Below are positions 1 to 10,976 of a DNA stretch of 64,000 nucleotides, piece after piece. Position numbers and translations under genes: made by a program. Under the pieces are notes generated by a model. That model was not told where the DNA came from. It saw only the letters and a list, made by a program, of their open reading frames with translations, and did no database searches. Source of the DNA: Octopus vulgaris (lineage: Eukaryota); the NCBI GenBank assembly GCA_951406725.2, contig OX597814.1, forward strand, positions 151,776,001 to 151,840,000, in the 5' to 3' direction. How positions within the stretch are numbered: the first letter of the stretch is position 1; each line of letters starts with the position of its first letter.

Positions 1-1
1 G

Positions 2-961
2 TTGGAACGTACTAGTAGCGTTCCTCAAACCAAAACTCATAAATAAAAATTCGAAACAGCCAAAAGGAGTGGTAATTGCCGTTTTAGGAACATCGTTTGG
101 GTTGACCGGTATTTGATGGTAGGCACGTATCAGGTCAACCTTAGAAAAAATGGTACAGCCATGAAGCTTTGCTGAAAAGTCGTTGAGATTCCTAATTGAA
201 TATCTGTCCGGAATCGTCACAGAATTTAGACGCCGATAATCTCCCACCGGGCGAAAATCTGTATCCCCTTTTCGAACTAAATGAAGGGGTGATGCCCATG
301 GACTGGTGGATGGGTGTATCAGACCGAGCTGAAGCATATGCTCAAACTCAGCCCTAGCAGTTTTAATTCGGTCAGGTGCAAGACGCCGTGGTCGCGAAAA
401 AACAGGCGGTCCAGTTGTTGTAATAAAATGGAGTGTCGAGTGTAATGGCTTTGCCACTTTAAAGGTAACATCAAGTAGCTCTGGAAAAGAGGCCAAAAGA
501 GAGTGAAAAACGTCTCCAGATGTAGAAACAAAAAATGTCGGACTAAGAGCTGAATCGGTAGATTCTCTGGTCGGCGTGGAGAGTGTAGTCGAAGTATCGA
601 CTAGCCTCCGACGTCTGACATCTACCAATAAATCAAAATTACTTAGAAAATCCGCACCTAAAATAGGATGCTGAATGTCAGCAATGATAAAAACCCATTG
701 AAAATCTCGACGAAGATTAATGTCAAGGCGTAAAGAGATCTGACCGAATGTGGCTATTGGTGACGAATCAATAGCGTGCAATGTAACGTTAGATCGTTTT
801 GGCCTGTCGGTTGTGAGACGCAAAGGCCAAATGCTGCAACAAGAACCAGTGTCCACCATGAAGTTTTTCTTCGACACTTGATCCTTGACGAAAAATGCCC
901 GATAACTAGAAAATGATGTGGAGGAAGTTGACGTACTCAAATTCTCCGAAGCTAGTTTAAA
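2..961 (-). CDS. pol: Pol (aspartic protease + reverse transcriptase N-terminal part), -1 frame relative to gag, open to window edge
   Basis: Hand translation gives 320 stop-free codons: FKLASEN...NFMVDTGSCCS (DTG at 845-853)...HPILGADFL...SPWASPLHLVRKGDTDFRPVGDYRRLN...FSKVDLIRAYHQIPV...KTAITTPFGCFEFLFMSFGLRNATSTFQ. Absent from the ORF track, probably because it has no stop in the window. Confidence 0.93.
920..961 (-). promoter_or_regulatory. Putative -1 ribosomal frameshift signal (U UUA AAC + downstream stem-loop)
   Basis: Heptamer TTTAAAC (955-961) in X XXY YYZ phase just before the gag TAG; 7-nt spacer; imperfect hairpin GGAGAATTTGA-GTACG-TCAACTTCCTCC (947-920). Confidence 0.8.
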
Positions 962-1680
962 GGTTTATAGGTGCATGGCTGTATGCACTTATGCGCTTTC
1001 TCTCCATTATTGGAGTGATACCAACACAGTCCGGACTTTGACTGTGTGGAACATGACGATGAACGGCTGCGACTCCGCGATCTTGAAAATCGCTTGCCAT
1101 CGCGACACATCGCGTCCATCCTTTTGGTGAGACTTTCTATTTGTTTAGAAAGTCCCTCAATCGAGGCTGAGGAAGCTTGTGAACAGACACAAACAGACCG
1201 TGACGATGGCTGAACGGCAAATTCAACCATTTTATCAGCCATTGTTGCTATCTGGTCCACGGTATTTGACTCTAAAGCGGTTGCCAAAACAGTTTGTATA
1301 TAGGCGGGCAACCTTGAAAAAAAAATTTTCCGAAGGAGAGGAGCGTCTGCAGCTTTACCGCTCAACTCTCTTAGTCTTCGCAAAAATTCAGAAGGAGTCC
1401 TATCTCCCAACTCCTCATCCGCCATTAATTCATTGAAGCGACTTTCCTCGCTTCTAGTGTTTCTCTTTTCCACTTCTAATTTAACAGACGCATAAGTGGC
1501 GTCTGGGCCAGGATCTGTGATAAGATCTCTGGCTGTAGATGCAAGTTGAGGAGGCATACAACCATACAGGATTTGCAACTGCTGCTGGGGAGAAACATTA
1601 TGTGCACAAAATTGTGCCTCTAGCTGTGCAAACCACAGTGTGGCATCACCTGTGAAAGTAGGTAATGAATTTAGAGACAT
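952..1680 (-). CDS. gag: Gag (242 aa) with CHCC zinc knuckle
   Basis: LPTF..D..LWFAQLEAQF N-terminus, LGDRTPSEFLRRLR, RS-rich tract, C-terminal CWYHSNNGEKAHKCIQPC. Confidence 0.92.
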   Translation of the reverse strand: MSLNSLPTFTGDATLWFAQLEAQFCAHNVSPQQQLQILYGCMPPQLASTARDLITDPGPDATYASVKLEVEKRNTRSEESRFNELMADEELGDRTPSEFLRRLRELSGKAADAPLLRKIFFSRLPAYIQTVLATALESNTVDQIATMADKMVEFAVQPSSRSVCVCSQASSASIEGLSKQIESLTKRMDAMCRDGKRFSRSRSRSRSSSCSTQSKSGLCWYHSNNGEKAHKCIQPCTYKPLN

Positions 1681-2154
1681 TTTGTAGTTTTTTTACTTTT
1701 AGATGACTCTGTCAAATGGGAAGGTAAACTGACAACGAATCAACGTTGAACAGACGCAACAAGGAAAAGGGGAAAAAAAGACCAGCAATTGAACCAATAA
1801 AAATTTTTATATGTGCAATTTACAAAAAAGAATGTGTTTTTTTTTTGTTTTGTACTGTGTGCACAGAGAATAAAAAATTCTTTTTTTTATATTTTTACCA
1901 ACCTTCGCCGCGTCTAAAACAATTTTTTTAAAAAAATGTATTTTAAACTGTCTCTTCTTAAGTTTGACTGCCTGTTATGCTTGGTCACGGATCGCACTAA
2001 CAGATTAAGTCAAACTTTTTTTTTATTCTCGTCGACGATGAAATTGCTGAAACTGCTTGAGACGACTGGAGACAAACTGTTGAAAGATAATGACTGCGGC
2101 AGGTTGATTGGTTCAGACTAGGTAGAATCTAGATTTCAGTTAAATGTTCTATGT

Positions 2155-2166
2155 TCGGGGTCACCA
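2155..2166 (-). promoter_or_regulatory. Primer binding site complementary to tRNA-Trp 3' end
   Basis: Minus strand TGGTGACCCCGA immediately 3' of the LTR; matches the first 12 nt of the canonical Trp PBS TGGTGACCCCGACGTGAT. Confidence 0.85.
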
Positions 2167-2167
2167 C

Positions 2168-2720
2168 GGTAACGGGAACTCGTTGCTTCTTTACACTTTT
2201 TGGAGTGCAACTTGGGTGCAACACAATTTCCTTTCTTTTTGTTTCTAGAAACTACCAGTCAGGAACGAAAAGCAAGTTTAGAAATATATAATTCTTTATT
2301 CTCTTATACAAAAATGAAACACGATGGTATACTGGTATCCATTCTTACAACAATTCAACCGCAATAGATAGGTTAAATCCCAAGCGTCTGGGACAGGAGA
2401 ATAGGTTGATCACACGTATGAAAATACATCCTTTCTCTTCGATCGCTGTGCCTCAAGTCTTAGCGTCCAGAGACAGCGGAGAAAAATTGGTCTGCAACAA
2501 TCTCGTATGAAAGGCGTTCTGCTACTCCTGTCTCTCTGTACCCCTTTGTTAAGGGAACCTCCCTCGCCTATCAACTAATGCCACATCAGCATTTCCTTCT
2601 TCAGTGCTTCGCGCATGCGCGAGAGGGCACTTCCCTTCTGCCTTTCCAGAAGGCTCCAAATCCGCACACGCACACTGAAGAGGACGTTGCGCGCGCGCAC
2701 TGTTGTATAACGTCACTACA
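2168..2720 (-). repeat. 5' LTR (~553 bp)
   Basis: Begins TGTAGTGACG at 2720 against a (TATG)n flank, contains AATAAA (plus tttatt 2295-2300) and ends next to the PBS. The partner LTR is not in the window. Confidence 0.75.
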
Positions 2721-2849
2721 TATGTATGTATGTATGTATGTATTTTCCCTTTCTCTTTTTACGTAGAATAAATTTCCACTGGCCCCTTACTTGGTAACAA
2801 GGGGTGAAGGAAAGCAACGTACTTTAAGCACCACCCTTTAATTATTAGG

Positions 2850-3950
2850 AGGGTCTTGAAAATTTATTGAGCACTTGCCGTTTATATGCTGCAAATTTAT
2901 ATTTTAGTTTTTCAGCTGCAACCGTGAGTTTCAGCTAGTGTAGTCTGGAGTTTAGGTTTTTGAATCCTGTATCACTAAATCGCCTCTCTAGTCTTTTTTT
3001 CTTTTCTGAGCTCTTTCTGATGCCGCGTCAAGTTGTTCTATGTATTACATTTTATAACTACAACGATCTGTGAGATGCATTTCCGCAGAAATAAAATTTT
3101 ATTTTTTAAGTTACGTACCTATGCTCCTTCAGGCTTTCCACTTGAATCTCGATTGCGTGGTCTCAGCGCTTTGCTATACGTTAGTAACATAATAGCTGAG
3201 ATATATGTCAAAGCGTTAATAGTTTTGTAGGTTGTTTTCATATATAACTGGACTGTGTGATCTTCAGATATTTGTTTACTATTTCGTTTACTGCCTCTAA
3301 TTCTAATTTACTTGGTTCTTTACTTATACCTGGTGTTGTACGGCCTGTCATTTAAATTAAGGTCGTGGACTTGTTGAAATATATCATTCCAGATCACTCG
3401 TGAAGCGTCCATAAGTTTTCGAAGTTCTGTTTGTACAGAATAGCTATAGATTTCAGCTATATTGTTGGTGCATAAAGTGGCGAGCTGGAAGAAACGTTAG
3501 CGCGCCGGACGAAATGCTTAGCGGTATTTCGTCTGTCGTTACGTTCTGAGTTCAAATTCTGCCTAGATCGACTTTGCCTTTCATCCTTTCGGGGTCGATA
3601 AATAAAGTACCCGTTTCACACTGGGGTCGATGTAATCGACCTTATCCCTTTGTCTGCCCTTGTTTGTCTCCTCTATGTTTATCCCCTTGTGGGTAGTAAA
3701 GAAATATATATTGTTGGTGCATGCATAAGCATGGCGCTTTCATTATGAGACGTACAGATATAGGCAGCTGTTTAAAAATGCCATTTTGAACGTTCTTTTC
3801 CATAATTATGCCGACTCCTCCAGCCTAAATGACTATCTGTCATAAATGAGAGGAACTTCTTTTTCGTACCAACTTAATTGAAAAGACTTCTTCTTACTAA
3901 AGATTTTCGTTTCATCCAATGATCCATCAGATTATTTAGAAAAGAAAATG
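2850..3950 (-). pseudogene. Degenerate non-LTR retrotransposon fragment (R4/Dong-like pre-RT region), interrupted by a SINE
   Basis: Interrupted minus-strand translation ...TINALTYISA...VRNLKNKILFLRKCISQI...LKLTVAAEKLKYKFAAYKRQVLNKF resembles, from memory, the region preceding RT in R4-type elements; many stops. Confidence 0.4.
3474..3706 (+). mobile_element. tRNA-derived SINE, family A
   Basis: Head ggcgagctgg...gttagc, B box gagttcaaatt, tail agtaaagaaata; 16-bp TSD tatattgttggtgcat (3458-3473 / 3707-3722). Confidence 0.9.
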
Positions 3951-6829
3951 AATTTTCCAATATATATTTGAGAAAATGTATGAGTAATTTAAGATTCGGC
4001 ATAAAATGAAATATCTGGTGAAAAAGAGGATTTATAAATTTATTTTGCAGATGTTAAAAAACAACACAAACATAAAAAAAGAAAAAAACTGGGAACTACT
4101 ATATTTTATGTTCAATAAAGAGACAGAGAGAGAGAAAAAGAGAAACCGATGTGGAGAATAAGAATTAGGAGGAGGAGTAAAAGAAGAAAAGATGAAGTGG
4201 CAGGAGGAAGACGAGGAGATGAAGGACGAGAAAGGGAAGTTGAGGAAAAGAAGTGAGGACGAGAAGAAGGAATGTAAGAAAAGGAAGAAAAGACGATGAC
4301 AGCAACAACAAAGACGCCGATAACGACGACGGCGACTTCTGTGATCTGTTCATATGGTTCGACATTAAAGAGGATATGTTTTATGGGATAGTTCTGTATC
4401 ACAAGTGTTATTACAAATATAAAAATAGTTTACCTGCATTATTTTTTGCTTCTGTTGTGTTAATTAAGGAACTGGAATCATCATCTGTTGTACTAATGGA
4501 ACTATCATTACAAGCATTCAAATCCTTATCTATTGAACGGTAAAAGTTACTCTGCTCATTGAAACCAGAATTGCGCTCCTTTTCACTGTTATGTAAAATC
4601 TGTGATCTTTCCGACATAATTATGTTGTTTCCAATATGATAAGTTTTTTTTGGGGTTTTTTACCAATAGTTAGTGTATACAGACTAATGCTCCCAGATAC
4701 ACTCAGATTTTGTATGATTTTAGAGAAGTATGCAACCTATATTAATGTTTCAAAGTACATGACATACTGCAGAAAACTAAGAGTTACAATCTTATATACA
4801 GAAATATATTTTCCATTGTTAGTCAAAATACATTAAGCATCTTAGCATTAATAAATTAATATCATTCGATTTCAATGCTCTTACAAATTGTAGTGAATCA
4901 TTTGTTTAACAAATAAACATTTTAGCTCTGTATTATAAGATATCGATTATCTCTCCATTGTTTACCAGCTTCATAGCTGTAACCCTTGCAGTTTTTTATG
5001 AATATAGATCGAGGTAAAACTCATGAAAATAGTTGACATTAAATGTCGTCAATAATCTTGTCCTGTGTTACAGAATGCCGCTTAATGTATCCAGTGTTAT
5101 TGTATTCATTTTGGCCCTCATGCGTCAGGTTTCTTGTTATAACAGCATTCTCCGCTCATCTGCAATTGTAACATGCAATACATCAACCAATCTCTGAACC
5201 GATCACCATCGCCCACCTGCCACAAATGTACAGCCTTTCAACTAAAATTGGGCAATCATTACATGACACCTGTCACATACCAGGTATGCTCGAAACTAAA
5301 TAACTTAATTGTAATTTTGTATGTTGTAAACATTCCTTATCAATATTTATAAAGGTACTTCAATGACGTTTTAATGAGTATTGTGATGTGAACGATGAAA
5401 GAGGACAACAGAAACAAGGAGAATGGAAATATAATCAGGCCTTACCTCGGCGAAGATTAGTCTGCCGAAAACTCAGCGAAGTTCAGATCTCTCTCAGCCA
5501 GCTCGATACGTCTTGTGCCTTCTTCGTCTCAGCTGCAACTGCTGCTTGGTCGATTTAGCAGAAAGAGGAGTTACTCAATTATGTTAAGAGGAGACATAAG
5601 AGATGAATGTTCAACAGAATAACAACTATGGAAGAGAGAAAACGGAAATAATGCCCCTGCATTGTGAGTTTTCCAATGGGAAAGCATCGGATTGTGGTTT
5701 AAATAATTTATTTAAACGACACTTGCATTTACCTCTTGTATACACCAAAAAATTCACTACATGACATTACCAACTTACTTCGAGTTGGCGAAGAAGAAAA
5801 TAGCATGAGGAATACTATGTCGATATGATGAGGTGGAACCGGGCATGTTTTATGTCTGTGAGTGCATTGATCATTCAGTGGTGTCTTCTTATGTTCTGCG
5901 TCTGCTACTGTGTTGGGTCGTTCATGCTGAATATGTGGTTCTATGTTGTCTGCTTAACTGGTGCAAGGCTGTCTCTTGACAGTTCGCCTGGTGATGGCTC
6001 ACTGCCTCTATCGTATGTCTGATTGTATTTATAACGGACATGACAGCTAGAAGGATAGACATACCACAGGAGTAACTTTTACCCATGTAGGTGGCCTCCT
6101 GTCCACTTGAACCTTAAATGACACGGCTCAGATCTTAGGTCGAAGAGAAAACGATCCATCACTTTTTGACAGGACCAAGAAATTTCTTTCGCGCCTGTTT
6201 GGCCAGTGGTGGATCAGACGAGCGAGAATTCTTAGATTTGGTTTCGAATCTCAGCTCGGAAAAAGGAAGTGTCAGTTTTTACAGAAACAACCTTTATAGC
6301 TGCTGATTTCGCCGTCGGTCTAATATAATCAGTGAGATGAAAGAGTTTACATGGGGATCACTAAACTACTTTAATTCGTTTCATTATCTATTGTCATCAG
6401 ATTTCTTATTCTTGCATATATACGTAGCACTAGACTGGTTTCAAACAAGAAACATTTATTTGCAAACTAAAAGCAATAACTCTTTTAACCATATGACAAT
6501 GATACATATATAATTACTACTGTATATTTAGTCTATTCAAATTTATTGTAGTTCTTCTTTAGGGTGAATTGTCTTGAGATACCAGTGCCTTCGTGTGATC
6601 TACAAGAATTTGTACGCACTCATGGTGTTAGTAGAGTGCGAATGTGTCACACACGCGTGCACGCACACACAACACATTCATATTTTTATATAGAGATGTA
6701 AATGTATCTTAACCAGGTTACAGGTTTCAAAGTTGTGCTTTCTATAGCTAGGTTCCCGAAGGTTAGCCATTATCTGTGATAATGATAATCTCAGACATCT
6801 CTTTCACATTTGGTCAATTTCACTTAGTC

Positions 6830-7160
6830 AACAAGGCCTTGTCAAGAGAAGGCTCGCGGCTTCATTCACCATTGAAGTCGACTGCTGTGGCTTTCCAGCT
6901 ATGTTATTGCGCTATTTTCTGCAGAAGATAGAACTGGAACCCAGACAACTGAAGAGAGCCATCAAGGACTTAGGCAGAGCAACTGAAACTAGCTCAAGGT
7001 GGCTATGGTTTATAAGAGACAGCAAGTGGAACCTTTCATAGGTGAAGATTAGTTCAGTCCTCGTTACCACACTCAAGCGAAGCGTACAGGCTAAGAAGCC
7101 TGTAACTCTGAGATATCTGCTGACGGTACGGAAGGGTTTCCAGCATTGCAAAACCTCAAA
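6830..7160 (+). mobile_element. 3' end of restriction-like-endonuclease LINE (Hero/NeSL-like)
   Basis: FTIEVDCCGFPAMLLRYFLQKIELEPRQLKRAIKDLGRATETSSRWLWFIRDSKWNLS* (stop 7039-7041) fits the IEVGCRGF...AE..S.WLW C-terminus. Confidence 0.65.
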
Positions 7161-7500
7161 GTAGCTCTTGCAGTTTCTGTTTGGGGCAAAGCATCTCTAA
7201 TGTTATTTCACTAATTTCACCTCGGCTTTTAAATTTAAAAAAAAATTGTCTGTTCATTCGCCTGTAGTATTCATTCTATATTCATAAAGGCAACGGAACT
7301 ACATATTCATGAGAATTATTCATGAAAGACAGTGAGAGACGATGAATACTAATATCATGTATATGATTAATACTAATGTCATGTAAATAACCATAGTGAT
7401 GACCTGATGTGGTAGTAGATTAGCTAATAATGATTTATTGTGAGACGGACAGTACTTATATAGTCACATATATCTGCTTTATTTTGACGATTCCTCGATC

Positions 7501-7935
7501 CTTGTCTTGCTTCTTACTTGCTTCATGCTCTTGTTTCATGCTTGATGGGGTTGGGGTCATCCCATGTTAGTGGTCCCAGAGGCGTCATCGTGCGTAGAAT
7601 ATACCAGGTCCTTCAGTGCTTTCCATCGTTGGCGGTCCCATACCAGCCCTTCTGCACCCTCCACGGCGACGTTGAGCCTCTGGAGATTTTCCTTAATCAC
7701 GGCCAGCCATCTGGTGTGGGGCCTGCCACAAGGCTTCTTCCAAGCCACAGCTGCTACGTCGAATGAGTGTAAAGCCCTTGTAGGATGATCTAGCAGGGGT
7801 CAGAGTATATGTCCGTACCAGCGCATGCAGGAGGCTGCGGGCTGGTGCATGGGCGCACGCAGTATTTTTTTGGAAGTGTTATGGTACCATCTTATGTTCT
7901 CGAATGATTCTCAGGCCTTTGCTGTCGAAGCCGTC
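7501..7935 (-). mobile_element. RTE-type LINE 3' end
   Basis: RWYGH..., WKKPCGRPHTRWLAVIKENLQRL...DRQRWKAL followed by a CAAG-rich tail. Confidence 0.75.
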
Positions 7936-8301
7936 GACTCTCTTTACCAGATTCATAGTATTCATACAATTAATGCCGCATTTTTAACCTATTTTGACTT
8001 AAACTGGCTTGAGAAACAGATGTGTTTATGTGGTCTACAAGAACTTCGATGTATACATTGAGCTGCCAGAGTACGAAGATGTCCTCTCCGTTTCTTAACC
8101 AGACTAGGGATTTCAAAGTTAATGCTCTATAGGTAAGTTAATGAAGTATTTTATGCAAATGTTAGCTGTTATTGGCAATAATGATGGCCTCATACATATC
8201 TCTTCCACGTTTGTTCTATTTCATTTTCTTATTTGAAGTTAACTGTTCTTACACGCAATATTAATACCGCCATGTTGTTTATTATGAGTGAGTATTTATA
8301 A

Positions 8302-8515
8302 GACGGCGAGCTAGCAAAATCGTTAGCACACCGGGTAAAATGCTTAGTGGCATTTCGTCCACCCTTACGTTCTGAGTTCAAATTCCACCGGAGTCGACTT
8401 TGCCTATCATCCCCTCGAGTCGATAAAGTAAGTACCAGTTAAGCACTGGGGCCAATTTAATCGACTTAACCCCTACCCCGAAATTGCTGGCTTTCTGCCC
8501 AAATTTGAAACTATT
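8302..8515 (+). mobile_element. SINE family A (diverged); a second truncated copy follows at ~8545-8725
   Basis: Same head, B box and gcctttcatccttt core as 3474-3706. Confidence 0.8.
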
Positions 8516-9608
8516 ATTAGTGAGTATTTATTCATTAGTACATCAGACAAAATACTTTGCGGCATTTCGTTCGTCTTTACGTGATGAGTTCAAATGCCGC
8601 CAATGTTAACTTTGCCTTTCATCCTTTCGAGGTCGATGAAATAAATACCAGTTTAACACTGTGGTCTATGTAATCGATCAACCTCTCCCGCTAAATTTCA
8701 GGCCTTACGTCTTGAGTAGTAAGAATTATAAGAGGGTTTTTGTGTGCATTCGTAGGACGTTTACTTTCTAACGATCGTATTTACATACGACTAAGTTGTT
8801 TCAACGCTGTCAGACCTTAGAGCGATAATTCTCTGACATCCGCGCTAATATCGCTCAAATTGAATGTTTTAGCGCAGTTATAAACGAAGACGGGAGGTAA
8901 GGAAAATGTGGAAATGATATACGACGTGAGATGAAAATGAACTGGTAAGCGAAGATTTATTCTCCGTCATAAAATACAATGATTGCCATACATAAAATAA
9001 ATTAACATAACAGTTTACAACAAAGATGTATGAGAGACCTTGTGGTAAGGCTAGACTGTTGGTTCATAGACATAGTTGACGTGCTGTTTGGTGGTGTGTA
9101 GAGGTAGTCGATGGGCTGTTGGTCGTGTGGTGTTCATGCAACAACGATGTATGTAGGCGTCTAGTAGAGGTGAAAGCGGAGACTGGCTGGTATCAGATAC
9201 ATCGTTGTCAGAGACAAACAACAAGTTCAGCGAATCCCAAGGTCATGTGACCTGCTGGAATTAAAAGACTTGTGGAGTCGATATCCATGTATTTAAGCCT
9301 AAACAATCGCGACGAAAACATCTCACGCATAATGACAGTGTAAATCACTTCTGCTACAGTTAGTGTTTTGCGAGAACATTTGTGGTAGACAAATGTGCGA
9401 TACGCATAAAGAGACCAATAGTAGAAGAGAGAATGTACCAAAGTACAAAAAACTGTACAAATAGTTAAAAACAATTGTCCAAAATCTACTGAAGCAGAAG
9501 AAAAGCAAAGCAAAATAAACATTTCAGGACCAAATGCAAAATTCAAAGCTCAGCATTGAAGTGTCGGAGTGGATAGCAAGAGGCAGAAAGCATGTATTTG
9601 TGTATGTA

Positions 9609-10899
9609 CGAGGGGCGTTCAATAAGTAATGCCCCTGACCCACTTCCCATAGCAGTAGAGCAACGAAACTTGGCACAGTTATTAGTCTTTTTCTACATAG
9701 GAACCACCCAGAGTTACGCATTTCTGCCATCGTTTGATGCAGCGCTGGAGACCGTTTTTGTAGAAGACCCCAGCTTGGTCCTCCAACTACGACGTGACTT
9801 TAGAAATCAAGGCTGCATCATCTGTGAAATGCTTTCCTTTCAAAAACAACTTCATGGCTGGGAAGAGGTGAAAATCAGAGGGTGCAAGGTCAGGAGCGTA
9901 GGGGGGATGGGGGAGGAGTTCATAGCAGCATGCCTGTGCTTCTGATCTGGCGACACGCGAGTTGTGGACCGAAGCGTTGTCCTGCAGGAGGAGGATGCCT
10001 TTGCTGATCTTGCCCCACCTCTTGATTTTGATAGCTTCTCATAATTTCCTCAAAAGTGAAGCATAATAGGCTCCTGTAATTGTGGTACCCTTTGCCAGGA
10101 AATCTGTCATCACTACTCCGTCCTGGTCCCAGAAGACTGTGAGCATGACCTTGCCAGCGGAGGGCTGCACCCTTGCCTTCTTTGGAGGAGGTGAGTCACG
10201 GTGCTTCCACTGCATTGACTGGGCTTTGGTCTCTGAATCATAGTGATGGACCCAGGTTTCATCCTGTGTAATCAGTCTTTTGAAAAATTTTGACTCATCT
10301 TCTTGGCACATCTCCAAATTCATCCTCGAGCACTCGATGCGTTCTTGCTTCTGGAAAAGTGTGAGCAACGTGGAATCCATCTGGCAGACACCTTTTGCAT
10401 ATGCAAATGGTCATGAATGATAGTTTCCACAGACCCGGTACTAATCTTGACCTCATGGGCTATTTGGCGAATAGTTATGCATCGATCTTCCAAAATGGCA
10501 GCCTCAACTTGACGGACAGATGCCTCATCAATGGCAGAAGGGGGTGACCAGATCTGGGAGCTGTTTCCACAGAGTTCCAACCATGTTTGAATTCACGATG
10601 CCAGCGTTTTACAAGGTCATATGATGGGACATCATCACCATAAGTTACTTTCATTTCATCAAAAGTCTCCTGTGGTGTGCGTCCTTTCAAATACAAAAAC
10701 CGGATCACTGCTCGACACTCAACAGGCTCCATTTCACACTTGACTCAGTTCAAACACCTGTAAATCAGAAACCACAATTGAGTCAGAGTTGTAATTTGCC
10801 ACTTAAACTATAGAGATATAAATAATTGCACATGCAAAATTTCAGCTAGATCAAACAACTGCAAGTGGGTCAGAGGCATTACTTATTGAACGTCTCTCG
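9609..10899 (-). mobile_element. Full-length mariner transposon (1291 bp), frameshifted transposase
   Basis: 37-bp TIRs (3 mismatches) flanked by TA at 9607-8 and 10900-1; transposase from 10732 split over frames: VSARWIPR, TQDETWVHHYD, SAGKVMLTVFWD, HPPYAPDLAPSDFHLFP. Confidence 0.95.
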
Positions 10900-10976
10900 T
10901 ATGTATGTATGTATGTATGTATGTATGTATGTATGTATGTATGTATGTATGTATGTATGTATGTATGTATGTATGA
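10900..10976. repeat. (TATG)n microsatellite
   Basis: Direct read. Confidence 0.95.

Larger units (their letters stand above)
1..2720 (-). mobile_element. Ty3/Gypsy LTR retrotransposon, CsRn1/Kabuki-type (5' part; continues beyond window start)
   Basis: Order on minus strand: LTR (2720-2168), PBS, T-rich leader, gag with C-x2-H-x9-C-x3-C motif, then protease-RT. CHCC Gag plus a tRNA-Trp primer are established hallmarks of the CsRn1 clade. Confidence 0.93.

Noticed and set aside
5440-6340. Possible retroelement or exon remnants (AAVAAETKK.., donor-like site at ~5445)
   Set aside because: Too degenerate to assign by eye.
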